From sequence record OL362272.1: DNA of 44,545 nt. The stretch is one strand, 5' to 3'. Both the position numbers and the translations under genes were made by a program. Numbering within the stretch: the first letter of the stretch is position 1; the number at the start of each line of letters is the position of its first letter. Origin of the DNA: Escherichia phage 6948. This document shows positions 17,532-26,494 of this stretch, piece after piece. The notes beneath the pieces are model-generated. The model was given only the letters and a program-made list of their open reading frames with translations, was not told where the DNA came from and did not search any database.

Positions 17532-17750
17532 ATGACTAAGGTATTAATTTATATGCGTGGACCTCATAAATGCTATGCAGTTGTAGCACCAAATGGCGTT
17601 AAGCCTTATCGTACTTCAAAAAGATTGGCACTAATAGGTGCTAGTAGTAGTGCAAGTTTCCAAATGGAACTTTTTGGTCATTGGACTGAAAGGCAATTCC
17701 GTGAGGATTTTAAAGTCATTGGCAGTTTCATGGTGAAATATGCAGAATAA
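17532..17750 (+). CDS. hypothetical protein
   Basis: 72 aa, RBS AAGGAG. Confidence 0.4.
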   Translation: MTKVLIYMRGPHKCYAVVAPNGVKPYRTSKRLALIGASSSASFQMELFGHWTERQFREDFKVIGSFMVKYAE

Positions 17751-17916
17751 ACATAGTCTTAGAATGTTCGATGGTCATGAAGACCTGCAAGCCAAGATTA
17801 CTAACCAAGCCTTCCTGTTCGCACAGTTAACTATGGCTGAGGCCAAGAAGAATAGTCTCACTCGTGAACAGGTTATCAAGGAAAGTGAAGTGAAACGTAA
17901 GATTCGCAGTCGATAA
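17740..17916 (+). CDS. small hypothetical protein
   Basis: 58 aa; followed directly by a hairpin plus T-tract. Confidence 0.25.
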   Translation: MQNKHSLRMFDGHEDLQAKITNQAFLFAQLTMAEAKKNSLTREQVIKESEVKRKIRSR

Positions 17917-17925
17917 GTCAAGGGT

Positions 17926-17943
17926 TGTCTCACGTGTGAGACA
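17926..17943. repeat. conserved palindrome family, TGTCTCACGTGTGAGACA (copy 4)
   Basis: Extended stem GGTTGTCTCA/TGAGACAGCC followed by TTTT, so also terminator-like. Confidence 0.75.
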
Positions 17944-17973
17944 GCCTTTTATCATGTTGATTGGAGGTGCATT

Positions 17974-18081
17974 ATGCCACGTGATTATGATTCTGATTGG
18001 GACTACTATGACTCAATGAATCCAAAACCAGAACGTTCAGATGATTACTACGAAACAGAGGCAATGTATGAAAACTATTAA
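17974..18081 (+). CDS. small acidic hypothetical protein
   Basis: 35 aa, RBS GGAGG; Asp/Tyr-rich. Confidence 0.2.
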   Translation: MPRDYDSDWDYYDSMNPKPERSDDYYETEAMYENY

Positions 18082-18286
18082 AGTCAGTAAGGTTTGCTCT
18101 TGCGGTAAAGGTTATCGCAGTCGTATTGATGGTAAGTGTGGACATTGTAGGTCTAAGAAAGAGGCTGCTTTGTTTGACAAGTACCACAATGAATTAGCCT
18201 ATAACTACCCACATCTAACACCTAATTCTTTATTAGGGCTTGGTTATAGGGCTAAATACTTTGGAGCAATCTATGAAATCAATTGA
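18068..18286 (+). CDS. small zinc-ribbon-like protein
   Basis: 72 aa from ATG 18068; CxCG...CGHC motif. Confidence 0.4.
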   Translation: MKTIKVSKVCSCGKGYRSRIDGKCGHCRSKKEAALFDKYHNELAYNYPHLTPNSLLGLGYRAKYFGAIYEIN

Positions 18287-20819
18287 TTGGAAGAAGGAGG
18301 CAGAAGGTCGTATCCTCGTGATGGATGCGGAAGCTAAAGGACTCCTTGACGCTATCCGATATGGACACCGTGAAGATGTGCATATCATTTGCTGCATGGA
18401 TTTGCTTACTACCGAGGAGTTTCTCTTCTTTGACCCGTATGAGATGCGTGACCCTGAAGCAAGAGAACGCCTGAAGGAATGGGAAGGTCATCAAGACGGA
18501 ACCTTGGTTGATGGTGTTAACTTCCTGAAGCATTGTGAAGCTATTGTGTCACAGAACTTCCTAGGGTATGACGGACTTCTCTTTGAGAAAGCATTCCCTG
18601 ATATTTGGAAAGGCTTTAACTATACCGAGAAGCGCGGTAAGGGCAGACTCCGTGCTGACCTGTGTCCGGTGCGAGTCATGGATACGCTGGTGATGAGTCG
18701 CCTGTTAAACCCCGATAGACGCCTTCCTCCGCAAGCATATGCCAAAGGTATGGGTAACGTCGCCCCTCACTCAATTGAGGCGCACGGCATCCGTATAGGT
18801 CGCTATAAACCGGAGAACGAGGACTGGTCTAAACTAACTGACCACATGGTTCACCGTGTACGTGAGGACGTGGCGATTGGTCGTGACTTGTTCCTCTGGC
18901 TCTTTAACGGGGAATGGATGGAGCACAAACGCCGTGGCGTGAATAAACGCACGGGCCTAGGCATTGAGACAGCCTTCCACATGGAGTCCATTGTGGCGCT
19001 GGAGATGAGCCGTCAGGCCGAGCGCGGGTTCCGTCTGGACATCGACAAGGCTTTGGCCCGATGCGAAGAATTGGACGCTAAGATTGATGAGACAGTCGCA
19101 GCGTTCCGCCCTCACATGCCTATGCGTATCAAGTCTAAACCTTTTAAACCGGAAGAAAAGAATGAAGTATGCCAACGCGCAAATGAGTATGGAGCTAGCA
19201 ACAATATACCTACTGTCCTTGACCCCTCACACTTTCTTCATGCCGAGAGACGAGGAGATCGCAAGACAGTATGGAGTGTCACTACTAAGTCTGGTGATTG
19301 GTCGGCTAGTGTCAAGAAAGACTTTCCTCACCTTAGAGGAAACCGTAATGACACGCCAAGCATCAAGTGGATTGGCGCTTACTCGCCTGTTACTTTCGAA
19401 GAGATTCCCTTGGGTAACAGGGATACAGTTAAGCAAGTGCTCTATGAGTATGGATGGAAAGGTGTTGAATTTAACGATACCGAGCAAGCTCATCTCGATG
19501 AGCACGGAGTGTTACCAAAACCTTGGAGTGGTAAGATAAATGAAAAGTCCCTCACTTTATGGCAAGAAAGAGCCGCACGTGAAGGTAAAACAGTCCCTGA
19601 TTGGTGCTTGGGTATCGCTGCATGGTACATACTCGTATCCCGTCGTGGTCAGATACTCAACCGTGGTGACGTTGAAGCCTTCAACGAGAAGGGAACGTGG
19701 CCCTCGCAGGCTGGTGTACGAAAGTGTCGCGGCCTTGTACCTGTAGCATTCAACAAGGAGCTAGGAATCAATGCGCAGCAATACTACGAGAGGTACGGAT
19801 GTTGGCCTACGTCTGACAAAGATGACGGAGAGTGGCGTGTTCCAGCTGTTGCTATTAGTATTGGCACTTCTACGTTCCGTATGCGTCATCGTAACGTGGT
19901 TAATATTCCTGCCCGTGGCTTGTATCCTTTACGTGATTTATTCATAGCAGGGAAAGGCAAGCTAATCCTTGGTTGTGACGGTGCAGGTCTTGAACTGCGT
20001 GTCCTGTCTCACTTCATGAATGACCCTGAGTACCAAGAGATTGTACTGCACGGTGATATTCATACGCATAACCAGATGAAGGCTGGTCTTCCTAAGCGTG
20101 ATATGGCGAAGACGTTTATATACGCCTTCCTCTATGGTTCTGGTATAGCCAACCTTGCAGCAGTCTGCGGTGTTACTGAGGAAGAAATGAAGGAAGTTGT
20201 GGCAAGATTCGAGATTGAACTACCGTCTCTTGCACGTCTTCGTGAGAATGTTATCGCACAAGGTAACAAGTTTGGCTACCTGCAAGCACCTGACGGGCAT
20301 TGGGGTCGCATCCGCATGTCTGGTGGTGAACTTAAAGAGCACACGATGCTTAACGTATTACTCCAGATGACTGGCTCTTTGTGTATGAAATATGCATTAG
20401 TCAAGGCATTTGCAGTAATGCGCAAGGAAGGTGTAGCTTTGGATGCTATGGGAAATCCTTGTGGTGTGGCTAACGTGCATGATGAAATCCAGATGGAAGT
20501 TCCTGAAGAGGAGGTCTTGTATCTTAACTACGACCTACCTTTCACCTTAGATGGGTTCGAAACAGAGAAGGCTGCTGTGAAAGCAGTTTTCGATGCAGAG
20601 GAGAAACGTGTTCATGTGGATTCTGAAGGACGTATGTGGTCTGCTGCAAACCTCGTTAGCGTTGATGCTGATGCTGGTGTATTGCATTGCCAGCGCCGTT
20701 ATCACCGTGCAGGTCATATCATTGCCGACGCCATGACTTGGGCAGGGCAGTATCTGAAGATGCGTTGCCCGATGGCAGGAGAATATAAGATTGGCGCAAG
20801 CTGGAAGGAAACACACTGA
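18273..20819 (+). CDS. DNA polymerase, family A
   Basis: 848 aa from ATG 18273 (GGAG upstream); motif A DGAGLELRV, motif B KTFIYAFLYGSG, motif C VHDEIQ; N-terminal exonuclease-like acidic residues. Confidence 0.9.
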   Translation: MKSIDWKKEAEGRILVMDAEAKGLLDAIRYGHREDVHIICCMDLLTTEEFLFFDPYEMRDPEARERLKEWEGHQDGTLVDGVNFLKHCEAIVSQNFLGYDGLLFEKAFPDIWKGFNYTEKRGKGRLRADLCPVRVMDTLVMSRLLNPDRRLPPQAYAKGMGNVAPHSIEAHGIRIGRYKPENEDWSKLTDHMVHRVREDVAIGRDLFLWLFNGEWMEHKRRGVNKRTGLGIETAFHMESIVALEMSRQAERGFRLDIDKALARCEELDAKIDETVAAFRPHMPMRIKSKPFKPEEKNEVCQRANEYGASNNIPTVLDPSHFLHAERRGDRKTVWSVTTKSGDWSASVKKDFPHLRGNRNDTPSIKWIGAYSPVTFEEIPLGNRDTVKQVLYEYGWKGVEFNDTEQAHLDEHGVLPKPWSGKINEKSLTLWQERAAREGKTVPDWCLGIAAWYILVSRRGQILNRGDVEAFNEKGTWPSQAGVRKCRGLVPVAFNKELGINAQQYYERYGCWPTSDKDDGEWRVPAVAISIGTSTFRMRHRNVVNIPARGLYPLRDLFIAGKGKLILGCDGAGLELRVLSHFMNDPEYQEIVLHGDIHTHNQMKAGLPKRDMAKTFIYAFLYGSGIANLAAVCGVTEEEMKEVVARFEIELPSLARLRENVIAQGNKFGYLQAPDGHWGRIRMSGGELKEHTMLNVLLQMTGSLCMKYALVKAFAVMRKEGVALDAMGNPCGVANVHDEIQMEVPEEEVLYLNYDLPFTLDGFETEKAAVKAVFDAEEKRVHVDSEGRMWSAANLVSVDADAGVLHCQRRYHRAGHIIADAMTWAGQYLKMRCPMAGEYKIGASWKETH

Positions 20820-20935
20820 TGGATAGGCTTGACATTATTTGCCTATTCTTCACTCTCTTTCTTACACTCCTTATGCTTGCTTGTTATGGGAGTATGAGAC
20901 TAGATATACCTGATGAAGAAGAGGGTTACGACTAA
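20819..20935 (+). CDS. small membrane protein
   Basis: 38 aa, ATGA overlap with the DNAP stop; hydrophobic helix. Confidence 0.25.
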   Translation: MDRLDIICLFFTLFLTLLMLACYGSMRLDIPDEEEGYD

Positions 20936-21033
20936 TGCAAACTGCTTTTATTATTCTTGGTATCATATTATTTATGGTAGTACTCTGGGCCTTCTCTGGC
21001 ATTGACCCAGATTGTGATGGTAACTACGACTGA
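20935..21033 (+). CDS. small membrane protein
   Basis: 32 aa, TAATG overlap; hydrophobic helix FIILGIILFMVVLWAF. Confidence 0.25.
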   Translation: MQTAFIILGIILFMVVLWAFSGIDPDCDGNYD

Positions 21034-21092
21034 GTTATACTCAAGGTCACTTACGAGTGGCCTTTATGAATAACTTAACTGGAGGAAATATA

Positions 21093-21650
21093 ATGAATGA
21101 ACTGAACACTAAGATGCTCAAGAAAGTTTATAATCTTGTATATAGTATCACGGGCCTACAATTCTACCCTGTAGGCGGTGCGGTTCGTGACACCCTGTAC
21201 GGATTAACACCTAAAGACTATGATATGGTGTTGCCTGTAGGGTCTATGGCAGATTCTCAGGCGCACGAAATCATGGAAAATATCTCTGAAGAGATGGCAA
21301 TTATGGGATTTAGTACCAAACTCTACCAATCATACGGTATCAATTTAGGTTATGAAATCAACCCTACCTCTTTTCAGGCTATGTTCCTTAGCTGCATGAA
21401 AGTGCAGATGCGTAATTGCCAACTTGATTTGCTTCTTTCTAAGGCTGAAACCATCCAAGATCATGTACGTAAGCACGATTGCAATATGAATATGGTGTGG
21501 TTCGATGGTAAAGATATCAAGTGGGAGCACGGCGGTGTTACTCCTTTCGTTCCTGTGTTAGAGTTCAACCCTGACGGATGTGATCGTCGCATTGCTTACA
21601 TGGACAAGAAGCGCCATGAACTTATCCGTCACAAATTAATGCATCTTTGA
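21093..21650 (+). CDS. polymerase-beta-superfamily nucleotidyltransferase, CCA-adding-enzyme/poly(A)-polymerase head-domain-like
   Basis: 185 aa from ATG 21093 (GGAGG 8 nt upstream); YPVGGAVRDTLYGLTPKDYDMVLPVG matches the GGxVRD...DxD signature of class II tRNA nucleotidyltransferases. Confidence 0.6.
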   Translation: MNELNTKMLKKVYNLVYSITGLQFYPVGGAVRDTLYGLTPKDYDMVLPVGSMADSQAHEIMENISEEMAIMGFSTKLYQSYGINLGYEINPTSFQAMFLSCMKVQMRNCQLDLLLSKAETIQDHVRKHDCNMNMVWFDGKDIKWEHGGVTPFVPVLEFNPDGCDRRIAYMDKKRHELIRHKLMHL

Positions 21651-21672
21651 TTTACCGGACACTATAGAAGGA
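21650..21672 (+). promoter_or_regulatory. phage-RNAP promoter
   Basis: ATTTACCGGACACTATAGAAGGA. Confidence 0.75.
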
Positions 21673-21736
21673 AGTCCTAGGTAATCTAGGTTTATAAGGT
21701 AGTATAGGTAATTAAGTAAATATAGGAGATATAAAC

Positions 21737-22114
21737 ATGTCTATGGTAACTACTCTGGTATTTGTAGCTCAATACTTTCGTGGTCTGGCTAATAAGTTCA
21801 AGTCCAAGGCTATCAAAGCTATTGAGTCTCGCATCGAGGCAGTACAGGCAGAGCAAGTTAAAGTTGAAGAACATCGTAGTTCTCAAATGATTGACTGCCA
21901 TAACCGCTACTATGCATCTCGTGATGACCTTAATGCACGCCAAGTCAAAGAGGTTGAAGAGATGCTGGCACGTCACCAGCAAGAGCGCGACAGCCTGAAA
22001 GCTGAATTTGAAGAGAACAAGGCATCCATCGCCCTTGTACATCAAGCCGCATCTGACAACCTGAAGAAAGAGATTGTTATGCTGGAAATTGAGTTAGACA
22101 ACCTGACCAAATAA
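21737..22114 (+). CDS. hypothetical coiled-coil protein
   Basis: 125 aa, RBS TAGGAG; heptad-like charged sequence. Confidence 0.5.
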   Translation: MSMVTTLVFVAQYFRGLANKFKSKAIKAIESRIEAVQAEQVKVEEHRSSQMIDCHNRYYASRDDLNARQVKEVEEMLARHQQERDSLKAEFEENKASIALVHQAASDNLKKEIVMLEIELDNLTK

Positions 22115-22135
22115 TTACTGGACACTATAGAACAA
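22113..22135 (+). promoter_or_regulatory. phage-RNAP promoter upstream of the SSB-like gene
   Basis: AATTACTGGACACTATAGAACAA. Confidence 0.7.
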
Positions 22136-22191
22136 TAGGTCGGCTTAGTTCGGCCTATGATTGTGTAGTGTAACAACAGGAGACTAAATAA

Positions 22192-22998
22192 ATGGCACGT
22201 GGTGATTTTGATTTTGGTGCTCAGGTTACTAAAGCTGAAGGTAAGGTTTTTAAGAACCCTGAAGTTGGCGATCATGAAGCAGTAATCTCTGGCATCATTC
22301 ATGTGGGTTCCTTCCAAGATATCTTTAAGAAAGGTAATACCACTGAAGTTAAGAAGCCAGCAAACTTTGTTCTTGTTAAGATTGTACTGATGGGTGACGA
22401 TGACAAGAACGAAGATGATTCTCGCATGGAACAGTGGATGGCTGTGCCTCTGAAGTCTGGTGACAAGGCAACCTTGACTAAGTTCCTGAATGCAGTTGAC
22501 CCTAAAGAGCTGCTTGGTGGTTTCGATGACTTCATCGGTGAATGCCTGACTGCAACTATGGTTGGCTCTGGCGACAAGAATGATGATGGTACTTTCAAGT
22601 ATGTTAACTGGAAAGGCTTTGGCGGTATGCCTGATAAGTTGAAGAAGCTTGTACTGGCTCAGGTAGAAGAGGAAGGTCTGTCTATGACAGGTCATATCAC
22701 CTTCGACAAGCTGACCAAAGAAATCCTTGATGACATTCCTGCTAACTTGGTGCGTCAATACTTCCTTAATGAAACACCTCGTGGTAAGAACCTGTCTGTT
22801 GCTGGTTCTCACGTAGAAGCAATCATTAAAGCTGCTCGTGAAGAAGACCCAGAGTGGAAGAAAGCCAAGAAGAAAGATGACGAGGATGCTACTCCAGCTA
22901 ATCGTAAATCTCTGGATACTGGAGAGTCTGTTCCACAGGAAGTACCTGAAGCAGAAGATACTCCTGCACCGGAGATGGATGAGGACGCGGAATATTAA
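22192..22998 (+). CDS. putative single-stranded DNA-binding protein (acidic C-terminal tail)
   Basis: 268 aa, RBS CAGGAG; position between DNAP and exonuclease; highly acidic C-terminus ending DEDAEY, like the gp2.5-type tail. No direct sequence similarity to T7 gp2.5 recognised. Confidence 0.5.
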   Translation: MARGDFDFGAQVTKAEGKVFKNPEVGDHEAVISGIIHVGSFQDIFKKGNTTEVKKPANFVLVKIVLMGDDDKNEDDSRMEQWMAVPLKSGDKATLTKFLNAVDPKELLGGFDDFIGECLTATMVGSGDKNDDGTFKYVNWKGFGGMPDKLKKLVLAQVEEEGLSMTGHITFDKLTKEILDDIPANLVRQYFLNETPRGKNLSVAGSHVEAIIKAAREEDPEWKKAKKKDDEDATPANRKSLDTGESVPQEVPEAEDTPAPEMDEDAEY

Positions 22999-23007
22999 GG
23001 AGAAAGG

Positions 23008-23226
23008 ATGAAAGTACAAATCGTAACCCTGCACTGCAAGAAAGGTATCACAACGCTAGGAGGTGGCACTTTTCACTCCTTCTCTGAAGGGGACACATAT
23101 GCTGACCTGCACTACATCTGGCGCGACGGACAGCACGTGGTGAACTACAGCGACCCAGCTACGGGGAAACGCCACGGCGTATCGCTTCCGGCGCATGACA
23201 TTGCTCAGGTGAACACAGTTTTATAA
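23008..23226 (+). CDS. hypothetical protein
   Basis: 72 aa, RBS AAGGAG. Confidence 0.4.
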   Translation: MKVQIVTLHCKKGITTLGGGTFHSFSEGDTYADLHYIWRDGQHVVNYSDPATGKRHGVSLPAHDIAQVNTVL

Positions 23227-23227
23227 A

Positions 23228-23243
23228 GTCTCACGTGTGAGAC
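23228..23243. repeat. conserved palindrome GTCTCACGTGTGAGAC (copy 5)
   Basis: Perfect 16-mer immediately after the 23226 stop and upstream of promoter 23259. Confidence 0.8.
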
Positions 23244-23258
23244 AAATCGGTGTCCGGT

Positions 23259-23281
23259 ATTTACTGGACACTATAGAAGAG
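23259..23281 (+). promoter_or_regulatory. phage-RNAP promoter upstream of the 123-aa acidic protein
   Basis: ATTTACTGGACACTATAGAAGAG. Confidence 0.75.
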
Positions 23282-23331
23282 AAGAATTTTAATCGGCGAT
23301 AATGCCATAACCAACAAAAGGAGAATTTAAT

Positions 23332-23703
23332 ATGTTCAAGATTGAAACTATCGTAAACCGTGTTGTTAAAGGTGCTGCTCTGGTATCCGTTGAGTCTTTC
23401 ATTATCGTCGATGAAGCTGATCAACTGGTAGCTGGTACTAAGGCTTACGATACCCGTGAAGAAGCTCAGGCTAAGATTGACAGCATGGGTAACTTCGCTG
23501 CTGGTCTGGAGTTCGCTCGTGCTTGCTTCCCTGAGCAGGCTGACAAAGCTCAGATTGGTAAGGCTAATATCGTAGCTGAATATCTGGATTGGGTAGCTGC
23601 TGGTAAACCAGTGAAAGAAGTTAAGGCTGCTGAAGAAGCTGAAGATCCAGCAGAAGAAGTAGCTGCACCGGAAACTCCGGTAAGTGAAGAAGAAGAGTTT
23701 TAA
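23332..23703 (+). CDS. hypothetical acidic protein with its own promoter and terminator
   Basis: 123 aa, RBS AAAGGAG; biased codon usage like the capsid gene; C-terminus ...EEVAAPETPVSEEEEF; flanked by promoter 23259-23281 and terminator 23710-23742. Confidence 0.6.
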   Translation: MFKIETIVNRVVKGAALVSVESFIIVDEADQLVAGTKAYDTREEAQAKIDSMGNFAAGLEFARACFPEQADKAQIGKANIVAEYLDWVAAGKPVKEVKAAEEAEDPAEEVAAPETPVSEEEEF

Positions 23704-23709
23704 TTGATG

Positions 23710-23742
23710 CCCTGTCTGCCTTAGTGTAGGCAGGGTCTTTTG
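23710..23742 (+). terminator. intrinsic terminator
   Basis: 10-bp stem CCCTGTCTGC / GTAGGCAGGG (two G-U pairs in RNA), loop CTTAGT, then TCTTTTG. Confidence 0.55.
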
Positions 23743-23767
23743 CGTAATAGTTATTGGAGAATGAATT

Positions 23768-24058
23768 ATGCCGACTATTGAAGAACGTTTCCTGATTCAC
23801 GTAGACTTCTCACCCATACATCTTGGTTATCTTATCAATATTCTCTTAGGAGAGGAGGTTTATCTACATAAGTATCTTCTACCTGAATATGTATGTTTTA
23901 GAGACAAGATACACCCTCTTACTTGGGCGAAAGAATGGCTGCGTGAACATGTGCTGAAGGAGTGGCCTACATGCGACCAAACTTCGACTTCGGAGCTACA
24001 GTATCGGAAGACAATAACCTGTTGCTGTGGCCAACTGAAGGTAATAGAATCGCTTTAA
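23768..24058 (+). CDS. hypothetical protein (overlaps exonuclease start)
   Basis: 96 aa, GGAG upstream; its 3' ~90 nt overlap the exonuclease frame, so extent is uncertain. Confidence 0.25.
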   Translation: MPTIEERFLIHVDFSPIHLGYLINILLGEEVYLHKYLLPEYVCFRDKIHPLTWAKEWLREHVLKEWPTCDQTSTSELQYRKTITCCCGQLKVIESL

Positions 24059-24999
24059 TAGATGCTGACATGTTACCCTACATCGTAGGTTATACAATCA
24101 GTGACATGACTTATGTACGAGCCACAACTCGTGTTAAGTCAGGACAAGTCCCATCAATCAAAGATACACCTGAGTGTAAGCAAGCGTGTGACCGTGTGAA
24201 CTCCTTGCTCAACTCTTGGGTGTATGCAGCAGAGTGTGATGCAGCTAAGTTATTCATGACGAAATCAGAAGCTAACTTCCGTGTTCGCCTAGCCTTCACC
24301 AAGCCTTATAAGGGTCAACGTAAGACCGAGAAGCCTCCGTTCTTCTATGAATTGCGGGAGCATCTCTTAGAGGTTCATGGTGCAATCTTGGCAGATGGAG
24401 AAGAGGCTGATGACCTCATGAGCATTGCACAATGGGACAGCCACCGCCGCTTCCAGCAAGATACAGGTAACGAGTTCCCTATCGGTAGTCCAGAGCATAA
24501 AGCATTCTCTGATACTTGCATCGTTTCCTTGGATAAGGATTTGATGATTGTTCCCGGTTGGCACCTTCAGCCGGGACAAGAGAAGAAATGGGTAGAGCCT
24601 ATGGGTTGGCTTGAGTTACGCCGTAAGGCTAATGGTCAGGTTAAAGACCTTAAAGGTGCTGGCCTCATGTTTCATTATGCACAGATGATTATCGGTGATG
24701 ATATTGATAACTATGCTGGCATACCTGGACGTGGTGCTAAATACGCCTATGATCTTCTCAAAGATTGTAAGACAGAGAAAGAGTTGTACATGGCAGTGCT
24801 TGGTGCTTACAAGGCTAAGTTCGGACATGGACAAGTTAAGATTAAGAATTACCGAGGTGGTTATCGTATCGGCAAGGCTTTTGACCTGATGCTCGAATGT
24901 GGTCGCCTAGCTCACATGGCAAGATTCAAAGGTGATATATGGCGAGCCGATAAGAACCCAATCTTGTGGGGAGATGATGCGGAATGGTTAGCAAATTAA
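23971..24999 (+). CDS. 5'-3' exonuclease (FEN-like, gp6-like)
   Basis: 342 aa from ATG 23971; ALIDADMLPYIVGY, SLDKDLMIVPGW and IGDDIDNYAGIPG resemble flap-endonuclease metal-binding motifs. Confidence 0.8.
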   Translation: MRPNFDFGATVSEDNNLLLWPTEGNRIALIDADMLPYIVGYTISDMTYVRATTRVKSGQVPSIKDTPECKQACDRVNSLLNSWVYAAECDAAKLFMTKSEANFRVRLAFTKPYKGQRKTEKPPFFYELREHLLEVHGAILADGEEADDLMSIAQWDSHRRFQQDTGNEFPIGSPEHKAFSDTCIVSLDKDLMIVPGWHLQPGQEKKWVEPMGWLELRRKANGQVKDLKGAGLMFHYAQMIIGDDIDNYAGIPGRGAKYAYDLLKDCKTEKELYMAVLGAYKAKFGHGQVKIKNYRGGYRIGKAFDLMLECGRLAHMARFKGDIWRADKNPILWGDDAEWLAN

Positions 25000-25394
25000 A
25001 ATCATCGGAGGTAGCAGCTTATAAGAGGGAATTGCTAGAGAAGCAAGGATGGAAGTGCCCCCTATGTGGCGGCAGTCTCAAGGCTGTTACTCCTATAAAC
25101 CGTGTACTTGACCATGACCATGAGACAGGATTCTGCCGTGCTGTTGTATGCCGAGGCTGCAATGGTGCAGAAGGAAAGATTAAGGGTGTTATCTCTGGTT
25201 ATGGTAAGGCTGGTAACAACCGTTACTTCCAGCTTCAATGGTTAGAGCGACTATATGAATACTGGAAGTTACATAGTACGCCTCAGACAGATAAGTTATA
25301 TCACAAACACCAAACGGAGGCAGAGAAGCGCGAGGCTAAGAACCGTAAGGCACGCCTTGCTTATGCAAGAAAGAAGGAGGTTAAAGTTGGGTAA
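24984..25394 (+). CDS. endonuclease VII-type Holliday junction resolvase
   Basis: 136 aa; CPLCGG...LDHDHETGFCRAVVCRGCNGAEGK matches the Endonuclease_7 zinc/HNH-like signature. Confidence 0.8.
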   Translation: MVSKLKSSEVAAYKRELLEKQGWKCPLCGGSLKAVTPINRVLDHDHETGFCRAVVCRGCNGAEGKIKGVISGYGKAGNNRYFQLQWLERLYEYWKLHSTPQTDKLYHKHQTEAEKREAKNRKARLAYARKKEVKVG

Positions 25395-26394
25395 GCTTCG
25401 CAGCTTGTACAAAGACTCCGAGGTACTTGATGCAATCGAGCAAGCTACCGACGAGAAAGGTAATGTTAATTACAATGAGATGGCACGTGTATTATCGTGT
25501 CACCCTGTGGGTAAGAAGATTACCCGCCAGTTGGCTCGATACTGGCATGGTCAATTCAAGAAGACCAAGAAGAATGGTGATTATTACCAGACCCTTCTGC
25601 AAGAAGATAAGCGTATCAAAGAAGAGCGTAAGCTCAGGACTCCTGACCGCTACGAGGATTTGGCTATTGTTCCATTGCCTGACTCGCCTCATCGAAGTGT
25701 ACTGGTGATACCTGATACTCATGCACCTTATGAGCACCCAGATACCCTAGAGTTCCTTGCAGCCGTGGCAGCACGTTACCGTCCAGACACAGTGGTACAC
25801 CTAGGAGATGAGGCAGACAAACATGCCTTGTCATTCCACGATTCGGACCCAAATCTGGATAGTGCTGGCATGGAGTTAGAGAAGGCTCGTATCTTCATGC
25901 ACAAATTGCACAAGATGTTCCCTGTGATGCGCCTGTGTCACTCCAACCACGGCTCTATGCACTTCCGTAAGGCAAGCGCCAAGGGCATCCCTGTGCAATA
26001 CCTGCGCACCTACCGTGAAGTTTTCTTCCCGCAGGGAGGTGGCGACCAGTGGGATTGGCAACATACGCACGTCCTTGAGTTGCCGAATGGTGAACAAGTG
26101 GCATTCAAGCATCAACCTGCTGGCTCTGTCCTAGCAGATGCAGCGCATGAGCGTATGAACCTTGTGTGTGGTCACTTGCACGGTAAGATGTCTGTGGAGT
26201 ACGCACGTAATACACATGAACAGTATTGGGCTGTGCAAGGTGGCTGCTTAATTGATGAGTCATCCCGTGCATTTGCCTATGGTCGTGAGTCTAAATACAA
26301 GCCAGCATTAGGTTGTGTGGTCATTCTGGAGGGTGTGCCTCACATTGTCCCGATGCAAACCAATAGCGACAACCGTTGGATTGGCAAGATTTAG
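25387..26394 (+). CDS. calcineurin-like metallophosphoesterase
   Basis: 335 aa from TTG 25387 with AGGAGG 7 nt upstream; motifs VIPDTHAPYEH (DxH), HLGDEAD (GDxxD), CHSNHG (GNH). Confidence 0.7.
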   Translation: MGKLRSLYKDSEVLDAIEQATDEKGNVNYNEMARVLSCHPVGKKITRQLARYWHGQFKKTKKNGDYYQTLLQEDKRIKEERKLRTPDRYEDLAIVPLPDSPHRSVLVIPDTHAPYEHPDTLEFLAAVAARYRPDTVVHLGDEADKHALSFHDSDPNLDSAGMELEKARIFMHKLHKMFPVMRLCHSNHGSMHFRKASAKGIPVQYLRTYREVFFPQGGGDQWDWQHTHVLELPNGEQVAFKHQPAGSVLADAAHERMNLVCGHLHGKMSVEYARNTHEQYWAVQGGCLIDESSRAFAYGRESKYKPALGCVVILEGVPHIVPMQTNSDNRWIGKI

Positions 26395-26411
26395 TTGACA
26401 CTATAGAACAA
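26389..26411 (+). promoter_or_regulatory. phage-RNAP promoter (most SP6-like copy)
   Basis: ATTTAGTTGACACTATAGAACAA. Confidence 0.65.
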
Positions 26412-26494
26412 AGGGCTAGGTAAGACTTTATCGGCTGGCGTATCCAAATGATATTGCACTAGCCCTTGATTGTATAGTGAATGGAGGATTCAAT

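Noticed and set aside
22042-23034. 330-aa ORF on the minus strand
   Set aside because: Entirely antisense to the SSB-like gene and neighbours, no RBS or promoter context, low-complexity translation; all supported genes in this genome are on the + strand. Likely a stop-free antisense frame from codon bias.
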